This document shows positions 36,520 through 45,543 of a stretch of 59,880 nucleotides of DNA, piece after piece. The notes under the pieces were generated by a model. That model had not been told where the DNA came from and did no database searches. It was given only the letters and a program-made list of their open reading frames with translations. Source of the stretch: Escherichia phage vB_Eco_SLUR75; sequence record LR025197.1; one strand, given 5' to 3'. The first letter of the stretch is position 1. The number at the start of each line of letters is the position of its first letter. The position numbers were made by a program, and so were the translations under genes.

Positions 36520-36749
36520 TTTTGGAACGGTCCTCCAAACTGATCAATTAGTTCTAAAGTACGCCACGCTTCATTAAATGCTTCGTCCGCTCGATGTTTA
36601 GCGTCAATAAGCTGCTGCTTTAAAACATCTGTAGGCGCGTCATTCTGTATTGCAGAGCAAGCATCCGCAGTACCTGCTTTAAGCTGGTAGAATGCTGTCT
36701 CTAAGATTAGTTGTCTTGACATATTTCCTCCAATGACTAAAAAGCCCAT
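36516..36749 (-). CDS. Hypothetical protein (77 aa)
   Basis: ATGA-type overlap with dpdA start. Confidence 0.45.
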   Translation of the reverse strand: MGFLVIGGNMSRQLILETAFYQLKAGTADACSAIQNDAPTDVLKQQLIDAKHRADEAFNEAWRTLELIDQFGGPFQK

Positions 36750-36793
36750 ATCAGTATTATGACCGATATGGGCTTGATCTGTAAAGCTATCTA

Positions 36794-37435
36794 TTATTTA
36801 CAAGCTTCGAGAAACTCCCGGCGCCATTCTTTGCCAATATCGCTACCATGCCACAGTTCTGTAGCGCCCCGGAACGCTTTGGTAATAGTAGAGCTGCCGC
36901 ATACCTGCTTAACACCGCGCGACTCCATGCACATATGCTTGGCGTCAATATAAACACATACAGCTTTCGGGTTTAAATGCTCCTGAATAGCGTCTGCAAT
37001 CTGGTTAGTAAGACGTTCCTGAACTTGCAGTCGACGACTAAAAGCATCCACAACGCGAGACAGCTTACTAAGCCCAACAATCTTCCCATTGGGGACATAA
37101 CCAACAACAGCATGACCGATGATAGGAGCCATGTGATGCTCACAATGACTGTATACAGGAATATCACGGACAATGACCATTTCATTGGTGTTTTCCGCCC
37201 CATCCTCAAAGGTTTTAAACAGACCAGCGATATCTACATCGTAACCGCTAAACCATGTAGCATAAGCTTTAGCGACACGGTCTGGAGTCTCTGCTAATCC
37301 TGGACGTAATTCAATGCAATCTTCAATCTGAGTTAGTAAAGTATGCACCGCGCGAGCAATACGGAATTGAGTACCTTCGTTATCAATAGTAAATTTTGGC
37401 ATGGTTTGCAGTTTCCTTGTTGTTAATGTGGTCAT
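36794..37435 (-). CDS. folE: GTP cyclohydrolase I (213 aa)
   Basis: [20 protein letters not shown] and RLQVQERLT motifs match E. coli FolE. Confidence 0.9.
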   Translation of the reverse strand: MTTLTTRKLQTMPKFTIDNEGTQFRIARAVHTLLTQIEDCIELRPGLAETPDRVAKAYATWFSGYDVDIAGLFKTFEDGAENTNEMVIVRDIPVYSHCEHHMAPIIGHAVVGYVPNGKIVGLSKLSRVVDAFSRRLQVQERLTNQIADAIQEHLNPKAVCVYIDAKHMCMESRGVKQVCGSSTITKAFRGATELWHGSDIGKEWRREFLEACK

Positions 37436-37436
37436 A

Positions 37437-37973
37437 TTACAGGCTATAGTTTACGTGACATTTCGAAGTTTCTTCGATGGTGCATTCTACAAGTTGAACA
37501 CCATGTTCGTCAAGCAGTTGCGGACCAATCACGTCAACCATATATGCAGCTAAGTTTTCCGCAGTTGGGTTGAATGGTAAAGCTACCAATGAGCTTAAGA
37601 AATGCTCATGGTCTTCATGTTCCAGAGGACAACTCGGGCGACTTGCTGCAATTTTCAAAGCGTCAATCAAATTATCACGATTCCAATGCAGGAACTTATG
37701 ATCCCAATTATCTTCCAGCCACTGGCAGAGCGTAGTTTTAACCACACTAAAGTCGATAACTCGGCCCACATGGTCCAGCTTAGCTCGCTCTTTTACTTCG
37801 ACGTTGACAAGACCTCCGCCCATTTCAATTGGTACTTCTTTAACTGTTTCTTTCGGCGCAACCTTAAAGTGAAACTTATAGTTGTGACCGTGAAGGTGAC
37901 GACACTTGCTTTCATGCCCTACAACACGATGTCCAGCGCAAATTTCATGTGAACGAATTACTGTATAACTCAT
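37437..37973 (-). CDS. queD: 6-carboxy-5,6,7,8-tetrahydropterin synthase (178 aa)
   Basis: [22 protein letters not shown] (CxxH...C..HGH zinc/catalytic motif). Confidence 0.85.
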   Translation of the reverse strand: MSYTVIRSHEICAGHRVVGHESKCRHLHGHNYKFHFKVAPKETVKEVPIEMGGGLVNVEVKERAKLDHVGRVIDFSVVKTTLCQWLEDNWDHKFLHWNRDNLIDALKIAASRPSCPLEHEDHEHFLSSLVALPFNPTAENLAAYMVDVIGPQLLDEHGVQLVECTIEETSKCHVNYSL

Positions 37974-38560
37974 TTTAATACCTCTTTAGACTGTTCAATT
38001 TCTAACGCACGCTGCGCCGACGCAATAATGTCTTTCAAATCTTCTACCACATGCTTATGACCGCGTTCGCCAGGCTGCAACGCCTTTTTAATCAAATGTT
38101 GTAAAGCTGGGTTAGTTGTCTTCCAAGCTTCCAAGACATCATACACGTCCACGATGCATTTTACAACATTCCCATTTTGATCTTTACCATAAATAACTTT
38201 CTGATATTTATTCATGGGAATTTTAGACGGTTCGTATTTCGTAAAAACCGCACCATTAAATGTATTACTTATGCTTATTCCAGAAGAAGGTTGATTGTAC
38301 AATCCGGAGCGAGTGTTTTCGCTAGCCTGTTTGACGTAATCATCCGCAACGATATAGCGCCAGGCTATAATATCTTGAACTTTATAAGGGCTATTTTCAT
38401 CCATAGCTGAACGCCCTTCCATAGCCCAATCCCATCCATGTAATAGATTCTTAACGTGTGTGCCGTTGCGCAAACGAACTTCAAACTTCTCATTACGAAG
38501 AAAAATAGGCATTCCTTTACCGTCGTGTTGGTGCCAAATTTTATTCAAATTATCTTTCAT
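37970..38560 (-). CDS. Hypothetical protein inside the 7-deazaguanine cluster (196 aa)
   Basis: First ATG (M16) of track ORF, which begins with TTG; 2 nt after upstream stop. No QueF motif or other signature. Confidence 0.5.
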   Translation of the reverse strand: MKDNLNKIWHQHDGKGMPIFLRNEKFEVRLRNGTHVKNLLHGWDWAMEGRSAMDENSPYKVQDIIAWRYIVADDYVKQASENTRSGLYNQPSSGISISNTFNGAVFTKYEPSKIPMNKYQKVIYGKDQNGNVVKCIVDVYDVLEAWKTTNPALQHLIKKALQPGERGHKHVVEDLKDIIASAQRALEIEQSKEVLK

Positions 38561-38562
38561 TT

Positions 38563-39042
38563 TTACGCTCTCGCTGTACGTGAATGAACTTCGTAAACAA
38601 CCCAAAGGATAGCAGACGCTGTGAACTTACTTAAGCTCATTGCTACCATCGATCCCGGATTAACAATACCTATAATACTTAAGAACACAATGGAGTCAAT
38701 TGGTACAGCTACCAAAGAGCTGATAAATACTCGTTGATGGAAAGGCTTCTTGGTGACCGTGTATACTACATAGTCCGCAAACTCACTAAGCGCAAAAGAC
38801 GCAACGGATGCAACTACAACCGCAGGATTACCGAACACCCAGCTAAGGATGCAACCAACAATCATTGCAGGGATGACGCCTTTGCCAGCGTTACGCTGTG
38901 CGTAATCACGCAGAACAAAGATAATGCCTACAAAGAAAGCCATCATGGGGACTACGCCAAGTGGCGTATTAAGCATCGGAAGGTAGGAAAAGCCCAGGTT
39001 TACGAATGTAATTGCAGCCAGATAAGCAACGATAAATTTCAT
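38563..39042 (-). CDS. Integral membrane protein, possible queuosine-precursor transporter (159 aa)
   Basis: Four to five predicted TM helices; located between queC and queD. Transporter assignment is inference from context only. Confidence 0.3.
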   Translation of the reverse strand: MKFIVAYLAAITFVNLGFSYLPMLNTPLGVVPMMAFFVGIIFVLRDYAQRNAGKGVIPAMIVGCILSWVFGNPAVVVASVASFALSEFADYVVYTVTKKPFHQRVFISSLVAVPIDSIVFLSIIGIVNPGSMVAMSLSKFTASAILWVVYEVHSRTARA

Positions 39043-39162
39043 ACTTTTGTTCTCCAGTTTTAACAGCGTTATTCGCTGGTTGTTGGGTTTAAAAGCTTTA
39101 GTAGTATAGTTGGGTTACCGCACCCTAAACAATGCGCTAGCGGTGCGGTTTTCGCGGTAAGA

Positions 39163-39870
39163 TCAAGCTTTGCTAATAAATTCGCTGTACCCTTTAGCAC
39201 GAAGTTTACACGCTGGACATTCCCCGCAACCGTATCCCCAGTCATGCAGAGTACGACGGACGCCATTATAGCACGTATGGGACTGCTCAATTACTGTGGT
39301 TAAGAAACCAACCTTATCCGCCAGCTCAAACGTTTCCGCTTTGTTTAAACGCATAAGCGGAGTAACAAAATGGATATCTGTTTCATATCCAACGTTTAAG
39401 GTAGCTTCAAGTAGATCTACAAACTGCTGACGGCAATCCGGATAACCGCTATAGTCCGTTTCACAAACGCCTGTAACCACATATCGAGCTCCAACCTTCT
39501 GCGCGTAGGCGTGCGCGGTAGTCAGGAAAAGAGCATTACGGTTTGGCACAAAGCTTGCCGGAAGGTTGTTGTGCTGTTCGTGATGTTCGTTAACATCACC
39601 TTCATTCCCGATTAAAGCACTATTGCCGATCTGTTTCAAAGCAGGTAATTCAAAGACAACAAACGGGACATTGTGCTCTTTACAAATTTGATTAGCACAA
39701 GCCAGCTCAATGTTATGACGTTGACCGTATGCAAAACCGATAGCGTAGACTTTGTCATAGTTATTAAGTGCAAGACCTAGACAAGTCACGCTGTCCTGGC
39801 CGCCAGACAGGACGACAACGGCGGAGTTATGATTTTTTACAGGGAATACCAGTTTATCTAATTTATTCAT
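39163..39870 (-). CDS. queC: 7-cyano-7-deazaguanine (preQ0) synthase (235 aa)
   Basis: PP-loop VVLSGGQDS, GVCETDYSGYPDCR, C-terminal Cys cluster CYNG...GCGECPACKLR; aligns with E. coli QueC. Confidence 0.9.
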   Translation of the reverse strand: MNKLDKLVFPVKNHNSAVVVLSGGQDSVTCLGLALNNYDKVYAIGFAYGQRHNIELACANQICKEHNVPFVVFELPALKQIGNSALIGNEGDVNEHHEQHNNLPASFVPNRNALFLTTAHAYAQKVGARYVVTGVCETDYSGYPDCRQQFVDLLEATLNVGYETDIHFVTPLMRLNKAETFELADKVGFLTTVIEQSHTCYNGVRRTLHDWGYGCGECPACKLRAKGYSEFISKA

Positions 39871-40075
39871 TTACTTCACCTTTAATATCACAAGGGTTAA
39901 TTGTTACGTTAGACATTACAATTGGGTGATTACGCGCTCCAATTGTGCTAACGTAATTAATATCTAATTCTACATGCACGCCCTGCATAGTAGCATGGGC
40001 AATTGAAGAATTAAGTTTTTCTACCAGCTCAGTGATCATTTCCTGATGCTGTTTCGCTTCTTCCAAAGTGATCAT
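39863..40075 (-). CDS. Hypothetical protein (70 aa)
   Basis: Overlaps queC start by 8 nt. Confidence 0.45.
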   Translation of the reverse strand: MITLEEAKQHQEMITELVEKLNSSIAHATMQGVHVELDINYVSTIGARNHPIVMSNVTINPCDIKGEVNE

Positions 40076-40330
40076 TTAAACCTCCGTTAATGTTTGAGTC
40101 CAGTCTAAGCCTTCAAGATCTACATCAGCTATTTCATCGTACTCGTAAGCTTCCGGATCTGCTGGCAACCATCTATCAAAGCGATGGCTAAGTTCTGGAG
40201 GAATTGCTTCATATCCCCAAACCTTCCCATCCTTGTCGGCTGCCAGATAATCAACTCGACTTGGAACGGTTAAAGTGACACCACAAAAATTAACATCTTT
40301 AGTATGCACAACCTGGCTTAACACACGCAT
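40076..40330 (-). CDS. Small protein, paralog family member C (84 aa)
   Basis: YLAADKDGKVWGYEAIP and GLDWTQTLTEV motifs shared with paralogs A and B. Confidence 0.55.
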   Translation of the reverse strand: MRVLSQVVHTKDVNFCGVTLTVPSRVDYLAADKDGKVWGYEAIPPELSHRFDRWLPADPEAYEYDEIADVDLEGLDWTQTLTEV

Positions 40331-41037
40331 TATTCCACTCCGATATATTTGTGAACCTGAAGCTGCAACGTGTAACCGTGTTTCATACAGCTTTGGACAA
40401 CGGCTTGGATATTACTGTGGTTAAGGTCTTCATCCTGCTCGTCCATTGGCTGTAAATATATCTTACCCTTGAAACCCTTCGGAGGTCTAGCGATAAATGG
40501 CGTAGCTTGATGATCTAATGCTTGAAGAGGTAAACCATCTTCCACGTTTACACAGCACGCTTTAAGTACATATTTAAATGCATTAGCGCGGCGCAGCACA
40601 GAAGGATGAATCTTTGAGGTCTTGGGACTACATACAATTACAGGTAACTGGGAAAAGTTCTTAGGTAAAGGCATAGACCCATTAGTTTCAATTTGCACCA
40701 AATAGCCGCGCGATAACAGTTGTTCAATAAACGGGTTAATTTGCTGACGGAACGGTTCACCCCCAGTGATAACCACAAGTGAGGTGCTATTACCTGATTC
40801 CAGCTTACGGCTTTCGATTAAACGCATAATATCGACAATATGATAAAGACTACGACCAACAGTATAATCGGTATCACAGCCAGGGCATTGCAGATTACAC
40901 CCAGCAAGACGCACAAATACAGCAGGTTGGCCGCAGAATGGACCTTCACCCTGAATGGTAGAGAATACCGAATGCACGTCTAAATACATATCGTTTTCTT
41001 TAGAACGGGACTCGGGAGCTTGTTGATTAATATTCAT
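40330..41037 (-). CDS. queE: 7-carboxy-7-deazaguanine synthase, radical SAM (235 aa)
   Basis: FSTIQGEGPFCGQPAVFVRLAGCNLQCPGCDTDY aligns with E. coli QueE; strong RBS GAGGA before the ATG. Confidence 0.85.
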   Translation of the reverse strand: MNINQQAPESRSKENDMYLDVHSVFSTIQGEGPFCGQPAVFVRLAGCNLQCPGCDTDYTVGRSLYHIVDIMRLIESRKLESGNSTSLVVITGGEPFRQQINPFIEQLLSRGYLVQIETNGSMPLPKNFSQLPVIVCSPKTSKIHPSVLRRANAFKYVLKACCVNVEDGLPLQALDHQATPFIARPPKGFKGKIYLQPMDEQDEDLNHSNIQAVVQSCMKHGYTLQLQVHKYIGVE

Positions 41038-41059
41038 CTTAAATCCTCTAGTGAAAAAG

Positions 41060-41081
41060 AAAGCGCCTCATTGGGCGCTTT
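41060..41081 (-). terminator. Terminator hairpin downstream of KA-rich gene
   Basis: AGCGCC-tcattg-GGCGCT stem; on the reverse strand it is followed by a T-rich run. Confidence 0.5.
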
Positions 41082-41106
41082 CATTATAACGTGATATGTT
41101 TTGATA

Positions 41107-41919
41107 TTACAAGCCGTTCAGGGCTTCCGGTACTGGCATAGGTACGCGACCAGTTACACCATTAAACTTCTTCCAACGTGCATACTGAGTTTTAACAGTA
41201 TCTTCGTTCAGACCGTGACGACCTGCCAGATTCAGAACATAAGAGATTGGAGCAGGCTGACCCAGCGTAGCGCTAATCTGATCCATCAGGGCCCAGGCAC
41301 GACCGCAGGAAGTTTCAGGTTGCGGACGACGAACACCATTCTGTTCAGGCATACGGTTCGCTTCTTTCGCTTTTTCACGTTCAGCTTTTTCGCGGGCTTT
41401 TTCAGCAGCCTTTTCAGCCTGTTTAGCAGCGCGGATCTTGTCTTTGAAGCCTTTGATAGACGAATCCAGTTCGTCAACCATGCTCTGAGCAGCAGTTACT
41501 GCACCGGACAGATCTTCACCTTTGGATTTTTTAACAACTGCTTTCAGATCTTTCAGAGCATTCTTTAAATGCTTCAGCTGTTCGGAACCCTTAGATTCTG
41601 CTTCCGTAATCTGTTCAACAGTGCTTTCATCGGTAATACCGGATAAAGCAAACTTCACGGTTTCAACTGCCTGGGAAAGAGCGGTAAATTTATTTTCCGC
41701 TTCAATACGAATTTCAGCTTGTTTCTTTTCAGCGGCAGCTTTTTTCTCTGCTTCTTTTTTCTCTTTTGCTACGCGTGCAGCTTCAGCAGCAGCGGCTTTT
41801 TTAGCCTCTGCGTCGTTAGCAGTAGCTTCTTTCTTTGCAGGCTTAGCAGATTTTGCAGCGGCAGCAGCGGCTGCGGCAGCAGCGGCTTTCTTATCTTCAA
41901 TATTACTCATTTTCTTCAC
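41107..41919 (-). CDS. Lys/Ala-rich histone H1-like protein with conserved C-terminal domain (270 aa)
   Basis: N-terminal KKAAAAAAAAAAAKSAKPAKKEA and KEKKEAEKKAAAEKK repeats; C-terminal domain shares a motif with ORF 57541..58122. Confidence 0.6.
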   Translation of the reverse strand: MKKMSNIEDKKAAAAAAAAAAAKSAKPAKKEATANDAEAKKAAAAEAARVAKEKKEAEKKAAAEKKQAEIRIEAENKFTALSQAVETVKFALSGITDESTVEQITEAESKGSEQLKHLKNALKDLKAVVKKSKGEDLSGAVTAAQSMVDELDSSIKGFKDKIRAAKQAEKAAEKAREKAEREKAKEANRMPEQNGVRRPQPETSCGRAWALMDQISATLGQPAPISYVLNLAGRHGLNEDTVKTQYARWKKFNGVTGRVPMPVPEALNGL

Positions 41920-42037
41920 TCCGAATTATTATGGGTTCGTTTGTTACCAACGGGGTTAAATGTACCAAAGGATTTTGTGACACGCAACCCCTTACATAAA
42001 CATTTTTAAAAATATTTTTGATCAGGGTTAGAACTTA

Positions 42038-42532
42038 TTAGCTCTTCGCACCTCTGCCCGGTGTCCATGCTGCTTGCAATGCGGGTTGCTCACAAATGAC
42101 CCTGGCACCGGAAATAATACCACCCTCCCGTTCAGCATCGTATTTGACACGGGCAGGTTTCCAAAGTCCTTCATCCATTGACGGTACGTATTGCCCAAGT
42201 TGAGGCGAGCAAAAGCCCTGGATATCATATTCCACACAGAATTCGGCTTGTGCGCTAATTTGGGCGTGATCCAGGATTGTTTCTGGAAGTTGCGTAAAGT
42301 AATCAGACAAAATGCGCTCAACGATTTCCCGTTCATATGGTGCAGCTCCTAAGTTTTCTGTCAGGTTAATATAAAGCATTTGAAGATCAACATCTTCAAG
42401 ATCTTTTAAATCGTTTACTGGTGTTACCAGTGTTGACTCCGGACAACAGATAATTCCAAGTTGGTGTAGTGTCAACCAATTGGGATGTTTTGCCAAGAGT
42501 TCAAATTTATCTGTATCAATTAGGACGTACAT
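42038..42532 (-). CDS. Hypothetical protein (164 aa)
   Basis: ORF with RBS-like GGGGATTG upstream; no recognisable motif. Confidence 0.5.
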   Translation of the reverse strand: MYVLIDTDKFELLAKHPNWLTLHQLGIICCPESTLVTPVNDLKDLEDVDLQMLYINLTENLGAAPYEREIVERILSDYFTQLPETILDHAQISAQAEFCVEYDIQGFCSPQLGQYVPSMDEGLWKPARVKYDAEREGGIISGARVICEQPALQAAWTPGRGAKS

Positions 42533-42591
42533 TGCAATCCCCTATAAATAAGTAATGCCCCAATAGTAGGGGCATTAGATGTTGAAGTCAA

Positions 42592-44568
42592 TTAGAACGG
42601 GACGTAATCCGGATCATCTACTTGTACAGGGTTAACCACATTGTTCACCGTTATGCCTTGCGTATTCTGCGAAACAATATCGTCCCAGCTTACATCATCG
42701 TTATAGCTCGGACCTTCTGTTGTTCCATCCTGCCCGTATACTTTAACCTGAATTGCTTCGTCGTCCTGTGGGGCTTCAAACTTACCGAAGCACGTACCGT
42801 CATAATCATAGTTCAATATCTCAGGCCACTTCTTATTGGTATGAACTTTGATGTATTTTGGTGTTTTAAGCATTGCAGCAACATCAAGAGCTTCTTCTAT
42901 AGTTTGTGGTAAAGGTAAATGTGTCCTTTTCTTCCACCATGCGACAGCTTTACGACCTGCCCAGTCCCCATGAAGCAGAGCTACCCATTCGCTGAATATT
43001 TTACTACCGCAATAATAAGTCACCTTCATTGTTGGAGGTTTAGAGCTGTCATTGCGTTTAGTATGCTTTGCATAAGTAACATGCGTAACTTTGAAGTCTT
43101 CAACTACTGGAATATCCTGCTTGATCAGGGCTTCCGTACTTGCAGCTTTCTTGAGTTTGGTCTGGAACTTAAACTCATGACCGCAAAAGCCTTCTTTAAC
43201 GTAATCCGTCCCGCGTAGCCTAAATCCTTTCAGATATAATTGTTGAACTTGTTCCTGTGTGACGCTGTCCATTGGGATTGGTGCGAAGCCACCGCAATAG
43301 CGAGCGGATGCATGATTATACGACCCACATACATCGCATTCTTTAACCGGAGCAGTACCAGCACCTTTTTCGCCAGGGCGCTTGGGTTTAACAGGGTCGT
43401 TAATAGGGCCCAAACGGCGCGTATTACCGCTGAAATCCAGTACAAGGCAGTTCTGCTTGGGGCTTGCCGCAATAGCTTGTAAGCGCCCCTCCTGCGTGGA
43501 AAGATCAAAGCCCTCCGCGTACACCGGACGCGTACCGCGACCCAGCATCTGGACCCATAGCACCGCCGACGCAGTGGGGCGGAGCATGATAATTAAGTCC
43601 AGCATTGGATGATCAAAACCTGTGGTTAAGACGTTATTGTTAGTTAATGCTCGAAATTCACCGCGCTTAAACTTTTCAATAATCTCGTCACGTTCTTTTG
43701 CATCAAGCTTAGAGTGAATACATCCACAGCTAATACCCATATCGTTCAGCATATCACACGCGTCTTTAGCGTGTTCAATACCAGAACAAAATATAAGCCA
43801 GCTTTGACGGTCTTCACCACATTCAATTGCTTCCTCAAGTGCGCGGAGTGTTGCGTCATCGCGGTTTACCGCACTTTGCAGCTCACTCTGGATAAACTCA
43901 CCGCCGCGTTTACCTACCCCGTTGAGGTCCAGCTCCATCTTAGTACGCTTTGGCACAACCGGAAGAAGATAACCTTGTTCCAGGAACCAGTTGAAGGCTT
44001 CCGGAGTAGTTGCATCAAACGTTACCTTATCAAATAACGCATCATCGTCTTCGTTTTCCTTAACAATTGAACCATACCCCAGTCGATAAGGTGTAGCAGT
44101 AAGACCGATAATTTTTAAGTAAGGGTTAACTTCACGCAACGCTGCAAAGAACTTCTTATACATTGTTGCATCACGCGGACTAATAAGATGCGCTTCGTCC
44201 ACAAAAATAAGATCAACTTTGCCGAACTTTTTCGGATGCTTAGCAACGGACGCAATCCCTGCAAAGGTAATAAGATTATAGACTTCTTTACGCTTCAAAC
44301 CCGCGCTGTAAATACCTGCTGGCGCTTCGGGCCAGACTTTCATTAATTTATCATAGTTTTGTGCAATTAACTCTTTGACGTGAGTTAACATCATTACGCG
44401 CTGGTTTGGATACCATTTGTAAAGCAGATCGAGGAACCCCGCGATAACGAGCGATTTTCCTGTCCCTGTTGGTAACAGGATCAAAGGGTTCCCCGCGTTA
44501 CCCTTTTCAGCATCAAAATAGCGGAATACGCTATAAACTGCTTCCTGTTGATAATCGCGGAGTTGCAT
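42592..44568 (-). CDS. SF2 DEAH-box DNA helicase (658 aa)
   Basis: Walker A LLPTGTGKS, motif II FVDEAHLIS, Q-motif-like DYQQEAV; C-terminal Cys pairs. Confidence 0.7.
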   Translation of the reverse strand: MQLRDYQQEAVYSVFRYFDAEKGNAGNPLILLPTGTGKSLVIAGFLDLLYKWYPNQRVMMLTHVKELIAQNYDKLMKVWPEAPAGIYSAGLKRKEVYNLITFAGIASVAKHPKKFGKVDLIFVDEAHLISPRDATMYKKFFAALREVNPYLKIIGLTATPYRLGYGSIVKENEDDDALFDKVTFDATTPEAFNWFLEQGYLLPVVPKRTKMELDLNGVGKRGGEFIQSELQSAVNRDDATLRALEEAIECGEDRQSWLIFCSGIEHAKDACDMLNDMGISCGCIHSKLDAKERDEIIEKFKRGEFRALTNNNVLTTGFDHPMLDLIIMLRPTASAVLWVQMLGRGTRPVYAEGFDLSTQEGRLQAIAASPKQNCLVLDFSGNTRRLGPINDPVKPKRPGEKGAGTAPVKECDVCGSYNHASARYCGGFAPIPMDSVTQEQVQQLYLKGFRLRGTDYVKEGFCGHEFKFQTKLKKAASTEALIKQDIPVVEDFKVTHVTYAKHTKRNDSSKPPTMKVTYYCGSKIFSEWVALLHGDWAGRKAVAWWKKRTHLPLPQTIEEALDVAAMLKTPKYIKVHTNKKWPEILNYDYDGTCFGKFEAPQDDEAIQVKVYGQDGTTEGPSYNDDVSWDDIVSQNTQGITVNNVVNPVQVDDPDYVPF

Positions 44569-44569
44569 A

Positions 44570-45478
44570 TCAATCTTTCCCGTAATAATTAGCTACTTGA
44601 TAGTTTCGACAACCAACTTTCTGCCCTTGCGTATCCACTGCGGCGGAATGGAAATTGCAATACCATGTTCCATCTTCTTTTGGTTCAAGGAATTGGCATG
44701 TGCGGCAGTTTACTTCCGGCATAGTTTTACGCCAGCATAGTGAGGAGTGATCGCACCATTTACATTCGAAGAAAGTGGAATCTTTAAATGCGCGGTCCGG
44801 AATATCTGTAGCAATAGCAATCTGCACACCACGATCAATATACATGTCCGCGGTAACAGGATCAAACGGAATAATTTCTGCGTAAACTTCATCGTCATTC
44901 TTGTTTACAGCAAGATATAACGCTGCGCCAAGACCTAGTTTTCGCATGTACACGTTCATCTGTACATAGTGCTCAGGTTTGGCTTCTTTAACACCTTTAG
45001 CTTTCAGCTTTTTAAAAGACTTATCGTTATGCGTCTTCATTTCGGTGAGCACAGGCATCCCAGGCTGCACGTCCGGACAACCTATAACCACACCATCGCA
45101 GGAACCGCCAAAGTGTCCGCCAGCTTCGCTGATACGGAACTGGTGTCCATTTTCGTCCTGCTGATAGACCTGCATACCTGCCGCAAGAAGCATAGCAATG
45201 AAACGCGCTTCTTCAAGATGTCCGCGGTTAAACAGTCGAAGCTGGCGTCCGTCAAACTCTTTGCGTGTAGCCCAGCGATATCCATAGAAAAGCTTGCGTG
45301 CGCATTGCTGCCCAATAAGGGAAGCGCCTAAGTGGCTGCGGTTACCGCTTTCAGGGCGATAAGCGTCTTCAATTGTGGGAATGACTACGCCAAGATACTT
45401 ACGGTAAGTCCCACCCTGATCTTTTTGCACACCGTCATTGATCGCTTGAAGTGTTTTTTCTGCAATATAAATAGCCAT
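44570..45478 (-). CDS. PD-(D/E)xK exonuclease, Cas4/RecB-like (302 aa)
   Basis: SCDGVV...LTEMKTH (D...ExK) and C-terminal CKWCDHSSLC (CxxCxxxxxC) with additional Cys. Confidence 0.5.
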   Translation of the reverse strand: MAIYIAEKTLQAINDGVQKDQGGTYRKYLGVVIPTIEDAYRPESGNRSHLGASLIGQQCARKLFYGYRWATRKEFDGRQLRLFNRGHLEEARFIAMLLAAGMQVYQQDENGHQFRISEAGGHFGGSCDGVVIGCPDVQPGMPVLTEMKTHNDKSFKKLKAKGVKEAKPEHYVQMNVYMRKLGLGAALYLAVNKNDDEVYAEIIPFDPVTADMYIDRGVQIAIATDIPDRAFKDSTFFECKWCDHSSLCWRKTMPEVNCRTCQFLEPKEDGTWYCNFHSAAVDTQGQKVGCRNYQVANYYGKD

Positions 45479-45543
45479 TGGAATACCTTAGAAAAATAAG
45501 CCGTCTTTCGACGGCTTATGGACACTACAGAGGGAGGGTTATC

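Noticed and set aside
37970-38560. Possibility that the 196-aa cluster ORF is a QueF-type preQ0 reductase or amidotransferase
   Set aside because: No E(S/L)K(S/A)hK motif or catalytic Cys pattern of QueF and no glutamine-amidotransferase signature; left as unassigned.
39069-39290. Reverse ORF 39069..39290 overlapping the 3' end of queC
   Set aside because: Overlaps queC in another frame, Cys/Gly-poor junk-like translation, no RBS.
41101-42009. Forward-strand ORFs antisense to the KA-rich gene (41101..41568, 41522..41959, 41719..42009)
   Set aside because: Artifacts of the GCN-repeat low-complexity DNA; translations are poly-Ala/Phe/Ser strings.
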